Shown in pieces: positions 1 through 9,484 of a DNA stretch of 64,000 bases. The position numbers and the translations under genes were made by a program. Origin of the DNA: a virus (taxonomy: Duplodnaviria > Caudoviricetes). Each line of letters opens with the position of its first letter. The first letter of the stretch is position 1. The notes below the pieces were generated by a model. The model was not told where the DNA came from, did not search any database, and worked only from the letters and a program-made list of their open reading frames with translations. Location of the stretch: the IMG/VR virus record IMGVR_UViG_3300013121_000005, positions 1 through 64,000 of that record; one strand, given 5' to 3'.

Positions 1-133
1 ATGCGTCCCGATGGGATCTGGGCTGGGGACTAATGTGAAGCTGGCGTAGGCTGCCGTCGAGGCAGCCTACGCCAGCTTCACAACTATTTCATGATGGAGG
101 TTGAAGGATCCCTCCCTGCTCCGTTAAATTGTC

Positions 134-607
134 ATGCAAGTTGAGTTGTCATTCTATGGAGGCTGGCCAATCACCCCTTCTCGTAAGTGGAAGGGGGAGG
201 GCGCTCTTACTTGTCCCAAGTGCAAGAGCCAACGGATTTCCCTAACCGTGGAACGAGGGGCCTTCGGGACTGGCCCCGGCAACCGTTGGCGTATGGGTGA
301 CCAAGGGGGCCGGGAACTCGCTCTGTGCCAAGATTGCGGCAACAAGGGCTATCACATGGGAATCCCCAAAGCTGGTAGCCTTCAGGAGGGCTCGTTGGTA
401 GCCTTCTCAGGTTGTCGTTGCACCTTTAGAGTTGCAGGTCGAGACGCCAACCACCCCTTGCATGTGGTTTTCACTCAGGTGAGCCACTGTAAGACTCGTG
501 CGTGTAATCTTGCTGCGGGGCAAGAACTTTGGCTCTTTGAGGATGCCCCCATCGCAGGGGTGCCAGGAAAGCACTCCTTCCTTCTCCTGGGGTCGGATGG
601 GGGGTAG
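134..607 (+). CDS. hypothetical Cys-rich (Zn-binding) protein
   Basis: 157 aa ORF with CPKC/CQDC pairs. Confidence 0.5.
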   Translation: MQVELSFYGGWPITPSRKWKGEGALTCPKCKSQRISLTVERGAFGTGPGNRWRMGDQGGRELALCQDCGNKGYHMGIPKAGSLQEGSLVAFSGCRCTFRVAGRDANHPLHVVFTQVSHCKTRACNLAAGQELWLFEDAPIAGVPGKHSFLLLGSDGG

Positions 608-681
608 CCCCTGAACCCTCTCAATTTTCCGTAGGGATATCCTACCTTTACAGAAAAGTGATCGACCTTGCATTTTTTCCC

Positions 682-709
682 TTGCCAAGGTCCCCTAGGG
701 GGTTATACT
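682..709 (+). promoter_or_regulatory. sigma70-like promoter for the large ncRNA
   Basis: TTGCCA-16 nt-TATACT. Confidence 0.6.
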
Positions 710-715
710 GCCCCT

Positions 716-1425
716 CGTTGTTGATGCGGCACTGCACCGGAATCTCCGGTCGGGGCGAACACAACTCACGGCTGGGCGAAAGTTTAGTCGTGAAAGCTTG
801 GGTCAAGCCCCCAATTCGTTGGGGATAGGGTCCAGGCAATCTCGACTCCTTAAAGGGGCTCGGGGGTGTCGAGGGGACGTAAGGAACCTCGAACGGTGTA
901 ATCTTGGAACGTTTTTACGTTACGGGGTTATTTCGTGGTGGTGAGAGCCACTAGCTCACTGGGACCTCCTGAGGGAGGTGAGGTGCGAGGGGACGCAAGA
1001 AACCTCGCTAGTATGGGTGAAAAGCCTATCAAGGACTTCTTGAGAGAGATGCTCCAGGTTAGGCAGTCTATACTACCTAGACGAGAGTTTAGGGCTAATA
1101 AGCTACCGAAAGGTAGCCGAGATGGTCGGCGGGTGACCTAGAGTTGGAGCCTTAGGAAACTAGGGAAGTAGCTCTAGGGAGCTGGGAGCCTGAAAAGGCT
1201 TGCGGATTTCCCGCATAGAGATAGCGGAACATCTTGGCCAAAAACTAAGAAAGTGGTTGTCTCTAAAGTGTCGTGTCGCTTGTCAAGCTAACCCTTGGCA
1301 ACCCCAACCTGAACCTGCGCAAGCAGGTGGGGTGGTCTCTGAAAAATGGGGCCAAACTCAGGACGGAGCCGTGAAGCCGAAAGGTTTCACGGCTTTCGTG
1401 ATTTATGCGCCTGAGTCAGCATAAA
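716..1425 (+). ncRNA. large structured ncRNA (GOLLD/ROOL-like size class, family unassigned)
   Basis: No credible ORF; many GNRA hairpins, long-range helices and a 3' pseudoknot. Confidence 0.65.
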
Positions 1426-1453
1426 ATGGGCCAAGTTGCGCAGGTCTCTGTAG

Positions 1454-1726
1454 ATGCGTAAGGTAGTACGCATGAAATCCGAACCTAAGACCAAGAAGAA
1501 GGCTCGCCGTAGCCCTGTCCCTAAGGGGCAGGTAACTTTGACCCCGCAACAGAAGTACATTGCTAGGCTCGAAGCCGAAGCCAAGAAAGCGGGGGGCTCT
1601 CTTGGTCATCTAGCGTCTGCTGCAAAAATGCGGCCTGACGACTTCTTTTCTCTAAACCCAGAGACTCAATGGGCCATCGACAAAAGTCTTGGCATCCTTG
1701 ATTGGAACGGGGACTGGAAGAGTTAA
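1454..1726 (+). CDS. hypothetical basic protein
   Basis: 90 aa ORF; start may be ATG 1472. Confidence 0.55.
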   Translation: MRKVVRMKSEPKTKKKARRSPVPKGQVTLTPQQKYIARLEAEAKKAGGSLGHLASAAKMRPDDFFSLNPETQWAIDKSLGILDWNGDWKS

Positions 1727-1830
1727 TTTCCCCCAAGTGGAGGCGCTTCCCGGTGTAATAGAGAGCTGACCCGCATAAAGCCCCAATTTCGGGGCGTGCG
1801 TTTGGCCCATAACGGGCATGGAGGGTCATC

Positions 1831-3495
1831 ATGGCTAGTAAGAGTTTCTTCAGTCAAAAGGGCACGACTGTTCCGACGGCAACGGCAACAAACTACTCGG
1901 GTAAGCCAGCCTACAAGCTCTCGTCGAAGTACGCACTGGCGCAACTCGCCGTGACCGGCTGCTTCAACCAGACCTTCTACACGAGTGGCGAGGACCAGCT
2001 CCAGCAGGTTCTTGCACTCGCGAGGGAGTGTGAGCCCGAGTTCGTGGCGAAAGTGGCGATTTACGCCCAAGAGTCCGGCTTCATGAAGGATATGCCTGCG
2101 GCTCTCATGGTCTACCTGACCACGGTAGACTTGGCTGTCGCTCGGAAGGCATTCCCGAGGGTCATCCGCAACGGTAAGATGCTCCGTAACTTCGCTCAGA
2201 TCCTTCGGTCCGGAGCGTTTGGGCGTCACAACCTAAGCGCGAAGGGAATCCAAAAGCTGATCCAGGGGTGGTTCGATGCCCGGACCGAGGACGAACTCTT
2301 CCGAATGTCGGTTGGAAACAACCCATCTTTCGGGGACGTCATCAAGATGGCCCGTGTTACTCCGAAAAGCAAGGAGAGGTCGGCTCTTTACGCTTACTTC
2401 ATCGGGAAGACGGCAGCTCGATTCGGGACGGAAGTCTTCCCGATCGCAGATGTCCTACCTGAGCGGGTGAAGGCGTACGAAGAGTTCCTCAAGAATCCGC
2501 ACCCAACGGAGGAGATCCCGGATGTGCCTCTAGAGATGGCGCTGGGGCTTCAGCTCTCCATTGAGGGATGGAGGACGGTTGCTCGTAGGGCAAGCTGGTT
2601 CCAGACGTTCCGGACGATGAACACCTTTGCTAGACACGGGGTTCTCTCGGATCCGGAAATGGTCGAGTTCCTCTCTAATCGCCTCAGGAACCCAGACTTG
2701 ATCCGCAAGGCTCAAGTCTTCCCGTACCAAATCCTCATGGCCTACAAGGCTATCGTGGAAGGTCAGACCTCTTTCGGTAAGAAGGGGGCTAACGATGGCG
2801 ACAACTATGGCGATCTAGTCAAGATCGCAGGGGCTCTCCAGGATGCCTTGGAGTTTTCTTGTGAAAACATCCCGACTTTGGAAGGTCAGGTAGTCATTTG
2901 TCCGGACGTGTCCGGATCGATGTCGTCTCCTGTCACGGGTAATCGGATCAACCCGAAGACCGGCAAGGTGGAGAGGCATACAACGAAGGTTTCTTGCGTT
3001 GAGGTAGCGGGGCTGATGAGTGCAGCCATTTTGCGGAAAAACTCGCAGGCTCGGGTCATCCCCTTCGATACGGAAGCTTACTCCAGCTTCCCCCTCAACC
3101 CAAGGGATAGTATCCTAACGAATGCCCAAAAGTTGGGTGCACTCAGAGGAGGGGGTACAGATTGCTCCTGTCCGCTCAAGTACCTCAACAAGGCGAGGGC
3201 CAAGGCTGACGTGGTGATCTTCATCTCGGACTACGAGTCTTGGGGCGGGGCCTACGGGGCATCTCGTGGGACTCCCATGATGGAGGAGTGGGGTAAGTTC
3301 CACTCCCGTAACCCGGGAGCGAAGTTGATCTGCATCGATCTCACCCCCCATGGGACGACGCAGACCCCGAACACGCCTAACATCCTACATGTAGGTGGGT
3401 TCTCCGACAAGGTGTTCGAGGTTGTCACGAGCTTCGCTAATGGCAAGCCCGATAAGGCTCACTGGACGAAGGTCATTGAAGACGTCGAGCTGTAA
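1831..3495 (+). CDS. rsr: Ro60/Rsr-like TROVE-domain RNA-binding protein with C-terminal VWA domain
   Basis: ALAQLAVTGCFNQTFY, GFMKDMPA, NGKMLRNF, PYQIL, MIDAS DVSGSM, GGTDCS, ISDYESW, GGFSD; GGAGG RBS. Confidence 0.93.
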   Translation: MASKSFFSQKGTTVPTATATNYSGKPAYKLSSKYALAQLAVTGCFNQTFYTSGEDQLQQVLALARECEPEFVAKVAIYAQESGFMKDMPAALMVYLTTVDLAVARKAFPRVIRNGKMLRNFAQILRSGAFGRHNLSAKGIQKLIQGWFDARTEDELFRMSVGNNPSFGDVIKMARVTPKSKERSALYAYFIGKTAARFGTEVFPIADVLPERVKAYEEFLKNPHPTEEIPDVPLEMALGLQLSIEGWRTVARRASWFQTFRTMNTFARHGVLSDPEMVEFLSNRLRNPDLIRKAQVFPYQILMAYKAIVEGQTSFGKKGANDGDNYGDLVKIAGALQDALEFSCENIPTLEGQVVICPDVSGSMSSPVTGNRINPKTGKVERHTTKVSCVEVAGLMSAAILRKNSQARVIPFDTEAYSSFPLNPRDSILTNAQKLGALRGGGTDCSCPLKYLNKARAKADVVIFISDYESWGGAYGASRGTPMMEEWGKFHSRNPGAKLICIDLTPHGTTQTPNTPNILHVGGFSDKVFEVVTSFANGKPDKAHWTKVIEDVEL

Positions 3496-3513
3496 GTAGA
3501 GAGAATGGGGAAA

Positions 3514-3553
3514 TGAAGGTACCGTAAGAGATTACGGTACCTTCAACTTTTTT
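3514..3553 (+). terminator. intrinsic terminator after Ro60
   Basis: 14-bp hairpin TGAAGGTACCGTAA/TTACGGTACCTTCA followed by T run. Confidence 0.8.
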
Positions 3554-3629
3554 GTCGGGTAGTGTAGGGTTGGCAACTCCGAAAATTCTTCTTATGAAAC
3601 TAGAGAGTTAGCCTCTCTTGGGGGAGCGT

Positions 3630-4130
3630 ATGGCCTTCTCATTAGACCACCTACTTGAAAGTGTAATCCCCGCTGTTATCACAGGCGGAGGCACTGCTGT
3701 CTCAACGATCTTGGCTTTCCTGCGGGATACCAAGAAGCGTTTGGATGACGTGGAAAAGAGAGTCGGGTCTCTCGAAGGGAAGTCGGGTCTTGTCTATTCG
3801 ATGCACCTTTTGGAGGACTCCCTCAAGACCCTCCGAGATAAAGTAGGGGAGCCAGTTCGATGGCGAACCCCCTCTTTCCCTGGGGAGCAAACCACGGATT
3901 TTATCGAGGGAAAGCTAAGGGATTTCGAGCGCAGAATCAAAGACCTAGAGGAATGCCAAGAACGTATTGATGCCAAGATCAAGAAACTTGTATCTGAGGA
4001 TGACTTTGAACAAGCTGATCGGCAGAGGGCTGATGAAATCTCAGCCATTAGGCATACCATGGCTGAAGTGCGGGGGCTTCTACAAGGACTTCAATCAGCT
4101 CTTGGGCTGATTGGGAAAAAGTCTAGGTAA
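3630..4130 (+). CDS. hypothetical membrane-anchored coiled-coil protein
   Basis: Hydrophobic N-terminus, heptad pattern, GGGAG RBS. Confidence 0.65.
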   Translation: MAFSLDHLLESVIPAVITGGGTAVSTILAFLRDTKKRLDDVEKRVGSLEGKSGLVYSMHLLEDSLKTLRDKVGEPVRWRTPSFPGEQTTDFIEGKLRDFERRIKDLEECQERIDAKIKKLVSEDDFEQADRQRADEISAIRHTMAEVRGLLQGLQSALGLIGKKSR

Positions 4131-4149
4131 CCGAAATGGAGGTCACAAA

Positions 4150-4419
4150 ATGGGTGCCGCATTAAAGTTGTTCAGGCGTCAATCTGGTCAATTCCAGGTC
4201 GTTGAGAAAGAGGCCCTGGAGATTCTAGATTGCACTCGAAGGGTGGTAGAGAAACTCAAGAGTGAGCCTCCTCCTTTCTTGGTTGAAAGTGAGCCTCCCC
4301 CTGCTGCGGATAGCGACACTCCTCCTCCTCTTGACAAGCTTCCTCCCCCGTCTATCAAAAAGCTACCTTGGGGTACCGGTTCTTACAGTGTAGTACCTAA
4401 GTTACCTGAGAAGGTCTAG
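4150..4419 (+). CDS. hypothetical Pro-rich protein
   Basis: GGAGG RBS before ATG 4150. Confidence 0.55.
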   Translation: MGAALKLFRRQSGQFQVVEKEALEILDCTRRVVEKLKSEPPPFLVESEPPPAADSDTPPPLDKLPPPSIKKLPWGTGSYSVVPKLPEKV

Positions 4420-4437
4420 CTGCTCGCAGAGGGCAGT

Positions 4438-4833
4438 ATGAAGAAGAACTCGAACGATATTGTTACCTGGCGCGAAGCCACTGAAGCGGATGGGACTATC
4501 CATATGCTTCCGCCGACTGGCGGGCACGTTCCAAATATGGAGTGTCCGTGTAGGCCAATACGCAATCAACTAGCCGGGCCATCTGATAGCCCTTATGTGG
4601 CATCCCACTTTGATGGGCCTCTGATGGTTAGGAGGTTGATCCTAGCCGTCCAAGACTATATGACAGCAACGAATTCGATAGATAGCGGGGTAGCTTACTG
4701 GGAAGCTCGATGTGCCTTGGATGCTATTCGGGCAGTGTTTCGTAAAAGCAGCTCAGTCCCTCCTCCGTATTGCCCGGAATGTCACGAAGAGCTGCCCCAA
4801 AGAACAACCCCTCCCCCTTCTGAAAAATCTTAG
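4438..4833 (+). CDS. hypothetical protein
   Basis: 131 aa, H...CPC and CPEC motifs. Confidence 0.6.
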   Translation: MKKNSNDIVTWREATEADGTIHMLPPTGGHVPNMECPCRPIRNQLAGPSDSPYVASHFDGPLMVRRLILAVQDYMTATNSIDSGVAYWEARCALDAIRAVFRKSSSVPPPYCPECHEELPQRTTPPPSEKS

Positions 4834-4840
4834 TAATTAC

Positions 4841-5341
4841 ATGTTGTTTAGCCCCCACTCCAAGCTCTTGGTGCCCAAACCACATGGGTTTGTACAGGGT
4901 AACTTTACCGCCGATGAGATCCTCCCTAACCTTTGGCAAGGGTCGGTTCCCAATCCTCTCGTAGTGCAAGAGATGGGCGTACACACAGTGGTGCTGTGTG
5001 CAGAGGAGTATCAACCAGCTCCCGCACAATTCCAGGGGGTTGAACTTCTATACGCCCCTAACGAAGACGATTTCTCTCGCATGCCCACAAAGAGAGAGCT
5101 TGAGATCGCTTTCACTGCTGGACGTAAAGTAGCTCACCAAGTTACCTTGGGGAACAAGGTGCTTGTTACTTGCTGGATGGGGTGGAACCGCTCTGGGCTT
5201 GTGAGTGCGTTCGCTCTACACTTTTTGACGAAGAAGCCTGGGGCCTGGTGCGCTAGAGTGGTCAAGTTTGCTCGTCAGGGCGCATTACAGAACCCAGGCT
5301 TCAACAAGGTCTTGAATCGACTTAGGGCGCCGCAGGACTGA
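4841..5341 (+). CDS. dual-specificity protein phosphatase family
   Basis: EILPNLWQG and CX5R loop VTCWMGWNRSG. Confidence 0.85.
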   Translation: MLFSPHSKLLVPKPHGFVQGNFTADEILPNLWQGSVPNPLVVQEMGVHTVVLCAEEYQPAPAQFQGVELLYAPNEDDFSRMPTKRELEIAFTAGRKVAHQVTLGNKVLVTCWMGWNRSGLVSAFALHFLTKKPGAWCARVVKFARQGALQNPGFNKVLNRLRAPQD

Positions 5342-5702
5342 CACAGGTCTCAGGCTTCTTTTTGCGGGCAGCCTCAATTTCCGCACAGGACTTCACCAGA
5401 GAAAGGCATCGCGGGTTGAGGAAAGCCCCGCGTTCCTGAGAGGTGCGGCAGAAGGCTTCGCATGAGACGTTGGGTACGTCTTTGGGGCCAGGGTGATCAG
5501 AGTCGTAGACTGGCTCACCTTCCTCGCACCCGAGCCCTCCTTTAGCTTTAGGCCCAAGGTGTTGGCACATCTTACCGCAGAGGTCGGTATCTGGGGGCTC
5601 AATAGGTGCGGGACTGGGGGTGTCTCGGGTAGGTGGGCAGCCGATGGAGTTTAGCGCTAGGACGATCAGAAGGAGAGTTAGAAGTTTGCGTCGCATACCC
5701 AT
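5322..5702 (-). CDS. Cys-rich lipoprotein
   Basis: Signal peptide ending SIGC; 7 further Cys. Confidence 0.7.
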   Translation of the reverse strand: MGMRRKLLTLLLIVLALNSIGCPPTRDTPSPAPIEPPDTDLCGKMCQHLGPKAKGGLGCEEGEPVYDSDHPGPKDVPNVSCEAFCRTSQERGAFLNPRCLSLVKSCAEIEAARKKKPETCVSPAAP

Positions 5703-5743
5703 CCGTGGCCATCAATAAACTTTTGACGTGCTCTCTTTGGGTG

Positions 5744-6598
5744 ATGACCACTATGATGCCACCCTCTCCCTTTGGCTATAAACCAGACCCGCGTACGGGT
5801 ACTGACCTCAACGGCAAGGAGTTCGACTGGTTCGAGAAGGACAAGGATTTCGACCAGGATCTTCTCCCTCGACTTAATCTGGGAGAAGGAGATGTGGATC
5901 TGTCAGAGTACACTACAGAGACCAATCAGGGAGGTCTCTCTTCCTGTGCCGGTAATGCAACCGGGGATTCAATCGAAGTTCTCAATGACATTGCAGAAAA
6001 GGCAAAGGCTGCCTCAGAAGGTCGAACTCCCGCCCCTCCTATTCAGGTAAGCAGGCTGTTCATCTATTCCATGGCTCGTGGGATGATGGACGATGATGGG
6101 GATGGGCAAGGGGACATCGACAAGGACGCAGGCACCTACATCCGTCTTTGCTTCGAGGTCCTTTCGCGTTTTGGTGTTTGCGACGAAAAGGTCTGGCCCT
6201 ATGACCAGTCGAAGGTATTTGTCGCTCCCAGCATCAAGGCAATGCGTCAGGCTGTTGGGCACCGTATCCACTCGTACTACAGGATCAAGAGTACAGGGGA
6301 CGACCGACTTGACTCCATTGTGGCGGCTCTTCGAGCCAAGCACCCCGTAGTTTTTGGGACGCTTGTCGATTACGACTTCATGCAGTTGAATGGCCCTTCC
6401 GTAATTAACCCCCCAACAGGTGCAACCGCAGGGGGTCATGCGATGCTCTGTGTTGGGTATGTCAACGGGAACTTTCTGGTCAAAAATTCCTGGGGTAAGC
6501 ACTGGCGAGACAACGGCTTTGCCCTCTTGACTCCCGAGTACATGAAGTGGGCAAATACTTGGGACCTTTGGGTTCCCACGAAGTCTATGCCGTTTTGA
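5744..6598 (+). CDS. C1 (papain-like) cysteine peptidase
   Basis: QGGLSSC, SRLFIY, GGHAM, KNSWG. Confidence 0.9.
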   Translation: MTTMMPPSPFGYKPDPRTGTDLNGKEFDWFEKDKDFDQDLLPRLNLGEGDVDLSEYTTETNQGGLSSCAGNATGDSIEVLNDIAEKAKAASEGRTPAPPIQVSRLFIYSMARGMMDDDGDGQGDIDKDAGTYIRLCFEVLSRFGVCDEKVWPYDQSKVFVAPSIKAMRQAVGHRIHSYYRIKSTGDDRLDSIVAALRAKHPVVFGTLVDYDFMQLNGPSVINPPTGATAGGHAMLCVGYVNGNFLVKNSWGKHWRDNGFALLTPEYMKWANTWDLWVPTKSMPF

Positions 6599-6608
6599 AG
6601 GTGCCTTC

Positions 6609-7289
6609 TTGATCCTCGGTCTCGCCTCAACTAAACCTCGCACCGACCGCCAAGGCGGTGTGTTCCAACTGTATTTTGTGAAGTGTGATAGCGGCAATTC
6701 AACTCGGTGCAAAGGGGTGTGGTCGCGGAGGCTGACTCAGAAGATTCGTGACCAGAAGTCCCACCTTTGCAAGCCTTGCCACAACGCCTCCATTGCAGCA
6801 AAAGGCGGGGTCAAAGGGGGTCCTGTATCCGGCAGGCAGGCCGTCAAGACCGGCCAATTCGCGCAAGCCCTTCAGTTGGCGCACACCCCCGAAGCTTACG
6901 CTAAGGGGGAGAGGACCCGTTCCAAGAAAGGGGTTCTGGCCTTCACATCCAAAGTAGAGGGCTTTTTCTACAAGAGATGTCTGGAAAGCTACCCTGACGC
7001 GGTTCGTTGGAAATTTGTTAGGGTCACGGGTAACCACACGTCGATCGACATCTACATCCCCTCCCTTGACGCTTATATCGAAGTGGACGGTGTGTACTGG
7101 CATGGTCTGGATCGACCCTACGAGGAATTAGAACCTAGAATCAGGGCAAAGTACGACCGAGACCGGGTTCTTGATGCTGCGTGCCACGCTCAAGGTATTA
7201 CTCTCTTTCGCATCACCGATCAGCAAGTGCGTGCAAAGGACTGGGGGTGGTTGTTCTCTGAACTACAACGCAGGCAGGTTCAACCGTGA
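6609..7289 (+). CDS. DUF559/Vsr-like endonuclease-domain protein (homing-endonuclease-like)
   Basis: IDIYIPSLDAYIEVDGVYWH...DRDR...LFRI. Confidence 0.7.
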   Translation: MILGLASTKPRTDRQGGVFQLYFVKCDSGNSTRCKGVWSRRLTQKIRDQKSHLCKPCHNASIAAKGGVKGGPVSGRQAVKTGQFAQALQLAHTPEAYAKGERTRSKKGVLAFTSKVEGFFYKRCLESYPDAVRWKFVRVTGNHTSIDIYIPSLDAYIEVDGVYWHGLDRPYEELEPRIRAKYDRDRVLDAACHAQGITLFRITDQQVRAKDWGWLFSELQRRQVQP

Positions 7290-7645
7290 CGGACCTAGCT
7301 GTTCGTGTTGCCGCAAGGTGGATTCAAGCGGCGTACTTTAAGCCCGGCGATATAATTCTGTACGGGAAATACAAGAACCATCGCGGCAAAGTCGTGGGGT
7401 TCGGCAAGGATAAATGGGGCAATCCGACTGTGGAGGTCGAGCCCATCCCCAAGGGACGGAAGCAAAACAAGGTCTTCGGTCTCTTCAAGATTTGGCGAGC
7501 GGACGTGAAAGAGAAAGCCCTCGCCGAACAAGCGAAAGCCCAAGTTGGACCCGTGAAGGTTGGTGGGGTAGAGGGGCTCGCTCTTAGGGTTGCACGACTT
7601 TTCGCTCAAGGGGCAGAAGCCCATGATTTGAAAAAGTTTTTGTAG
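7286..7645 (+). CDS. hypothetical protein with RVAARW N-terminal motif
   Basis: LAVRVAARW; KOW/SH3-like core. Confidence 0.7.
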   Translation: MTDLAVRVAARWIQAAYFKPGDIILYGKYKNHRGKVVGFGKDKWGNPTVEVEPIPKGRKQNKVFGLFKIWRADVKEKALAEQAKAQVGPVKVGGVEGLALRVARLFAQGAEAHDLKKFL

Positions 7646-7736
7646 AATCCCCAAGCACTGTCCCCGCAACATACTTGAGAGAGTTCATACGAGGTCGAGA
7701 TGGCAAAGCTGGCTACCCTTGGGGTGGGGGTCTGAA

Positions 7737-8180
7737 ATGGGTCGCATCATTGAGAGCGCAGGGGTTCATGTCTTGATGGACGCTTTCGTCCGCGACGAGT
7801 CCGTTTTTAACGGAACCCTCCTCAAATCCTTGTTTCATGAGCTGGCTACTGCACTCGACATGACAATCCTGGTAGGGCCAGACTTTATCGAGGTCCCTGT
7901 AGACCCAGAAGTTCTTCGGAAAGCCCAAGAAACTGGCGTTTTTGCTGACGAAGGCGGGATAACCGGGATGTGTGTCATCAATAAGAGCCACATGTCCCTT
8001 CATGCTTGGCCCTTGCAGAAGTTTTTCAGCTTGGATGTGTTCTCCTGCGCTGACTTTGACCCAGAAATCGCCCTGGGGATCATTCGAGACCGGTTGGGTG
8101 TTTCACGCGAGGACACCCATGTCATCAACCGTAAGAAGCCTGTAGCGACCCACCACGGGCAACGGGAAGCGGTCGCTTAG
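7737..8180 (+). CDS. speD: S-adenosylmethionine decarboxylase proenzyme
   Basis: GVHVLMD, GGITG, KSHMSLHAWP, DVFSC. Confidence 0.85.
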   Translation: MGRIIESAGVHVLMDAFVRDESVFNGTLLKSLFHELATALDMTILVGPDFIEVPVDPEVLRKAQETGVFADEGGITGMCVINKSHMSLHAWPLQKFFSLDVFSCADFDPEIALGIIRDRLGVSREDTHVINRKKPVATHHGQREAVA

Positions 8181-8181
8181 C

Positions 8182-8754
8182 TCACCTTCGGGTCCTCTTG
8201 AAGATGGCTTTGCGGAGGAGGTCTCGCTTCAACCATGATAGGTTGCTCGCTACGGTCCAGCCGTTGAGGTGGTCCATCTCGTGTTGGATGACCACAGCGA
8301 GCGTCCCCTCTGCTTCCATCTCGAAGGGCTGGCCGGTTTCAAGGTCCGTGGCTTTGACCCGGACCTTGTTCACCCGCTTCTCCTCGAAACGCTCACCGGG
8401 AAATGAGAGGCAGCCCTCTACAGATCGGATGGTCTCCCCGAGCGGTTCGACCGAAGGGTTGACGAACACGTACGTCTGAGAGTCGACCTTCTTCTCAAAC
8501 CAATCGATGTCAGCCACGAAGAGTCGAATGGCCTTCCCGACCTGCGGGGCCGCCAACCCGATCCCGTTGCCTTTCATCATCGTTAGGATCATGTCGTAGG
8601 CAAGCTGCTTCACCTCGGGGGTGATGGTCTCCACCGGCTTGCACATCTGGTACAGAATAGGGTCTGGGAAGTACCGGAGCGGGAGGGTCTTCGGGGGTCG
8701 ACTTTCGACGCCGCAGATAGACTCAGTTGATAGTTCAAACATCACTTTTTCCAA
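8182..8754 (-). CDS. def: peptide deformylase
   Basis: GIGLAAPQ, EGCLS, QHEMDHL. Confidence 0.95.
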   Translation of the reverse strand: MEKVMFELSTESICGVESRPPKTLPLRYFPDPILYQMCKPVETITPEVKQLAYDMILTMMKGNGIGLAAPQVGKAIRLFVADIDWFEKKVDSQTYVFVNPSVEPLGETIRSVEGCLSFPGERFEEKRVNKVRVKATDLETGQPFEMEAEGTLAVVIQHEMDHLNGWTVASNLSWLKRDLLRKAIFKRTRR

Positions 8755-9308
8755 CTAGCGGCTGCGGTAGGGCCACGTTGGCCCTGGTAATGCGAACCAA
8801 TGGTAGGCCCGTAGGGGTTGATGACTGATCTGTTCAGCCGGTAAAAGCTGGCTTGGGCAATCTTCATTCCTTCCCACAAGACAACGATCCAGGGCCCGTG
8901 GTTAACAATCTCCAGGGTAATCTGCCCCTCCCAACCAGGGTCCACAAATCCTGCCGTTACATGGATTGCTAAGAAAAGTCGCCCAAGAGTCGACTTGCCC
9001 TCAATCCTAGCAAGGGTGTCCATGGGACACCGAAGGACCTCGACTGTAGATGCTAGGAGACAACCCCCAGGAGGTAGTTCATAACCCTCCCCAATCGAGA
9101 CTGGTTGTACGTAGTCTTTGGGGTTATCTTTGCGGAGATCGATCGTTCCTGGACCGTTTACTAAGTCAAATCTTGACTTAGTAATTGGAACTAGTGCTTC
9201 TGTAGCCAGAGTGAGATCGTAACTCGCTGGTTGAACTCTTTCAGGGGAAAACGGTTGAACTAAATGAGGGCGCTGAAGAAGGTCGTAGTCGGAGAGATGT
9301 CCAGGCAT
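8742..9308 (-). CDS. dcd: dCTP deaminase
   Basis: QPASYDL, GKSTLGR, AGFVDPGWEGQITLE, YQGQ. Confidence 0.93.
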   Translation of the reverse strand: MPGHLSDYDLLQRPHLVQPFSPERVQPASYDLTLATEALVPITKSRFDLVNGPGTIDLRKDNPKDYVQPVSIGEGYELPPGGCLLASTVEVLRCPMDTLARIEGKSTLGRLFLAIHVTAGFVDPGWEGQITLEIVNHGPWIVVLWEGMKIAQASFYRLNRSVINPYGPTIGSHYQGQRGPTAAASWKK

Positions 9309-9484
9309 GTCTTGAGCTTACACCAAACTTTGAAGGCGTTGGAAGGGAATCTTGGTCGGCCGTTTGCCAGGTAGCGAGCCGCGTAAGGTGTAGGACACCC
9401 ATCGTCCGTGGAAGGTAGCTAACCCCCCACCCACACCGATTGAAGTTTGGTAATCTTGTAATCAGGGCTAAGAGGTTAACCTCC

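Noticed and set aside
935-1424. ORFs 935-1141 and 1200-1424
   Set aside because: Weak starts, no motifs, inside the densely base-paired RNA
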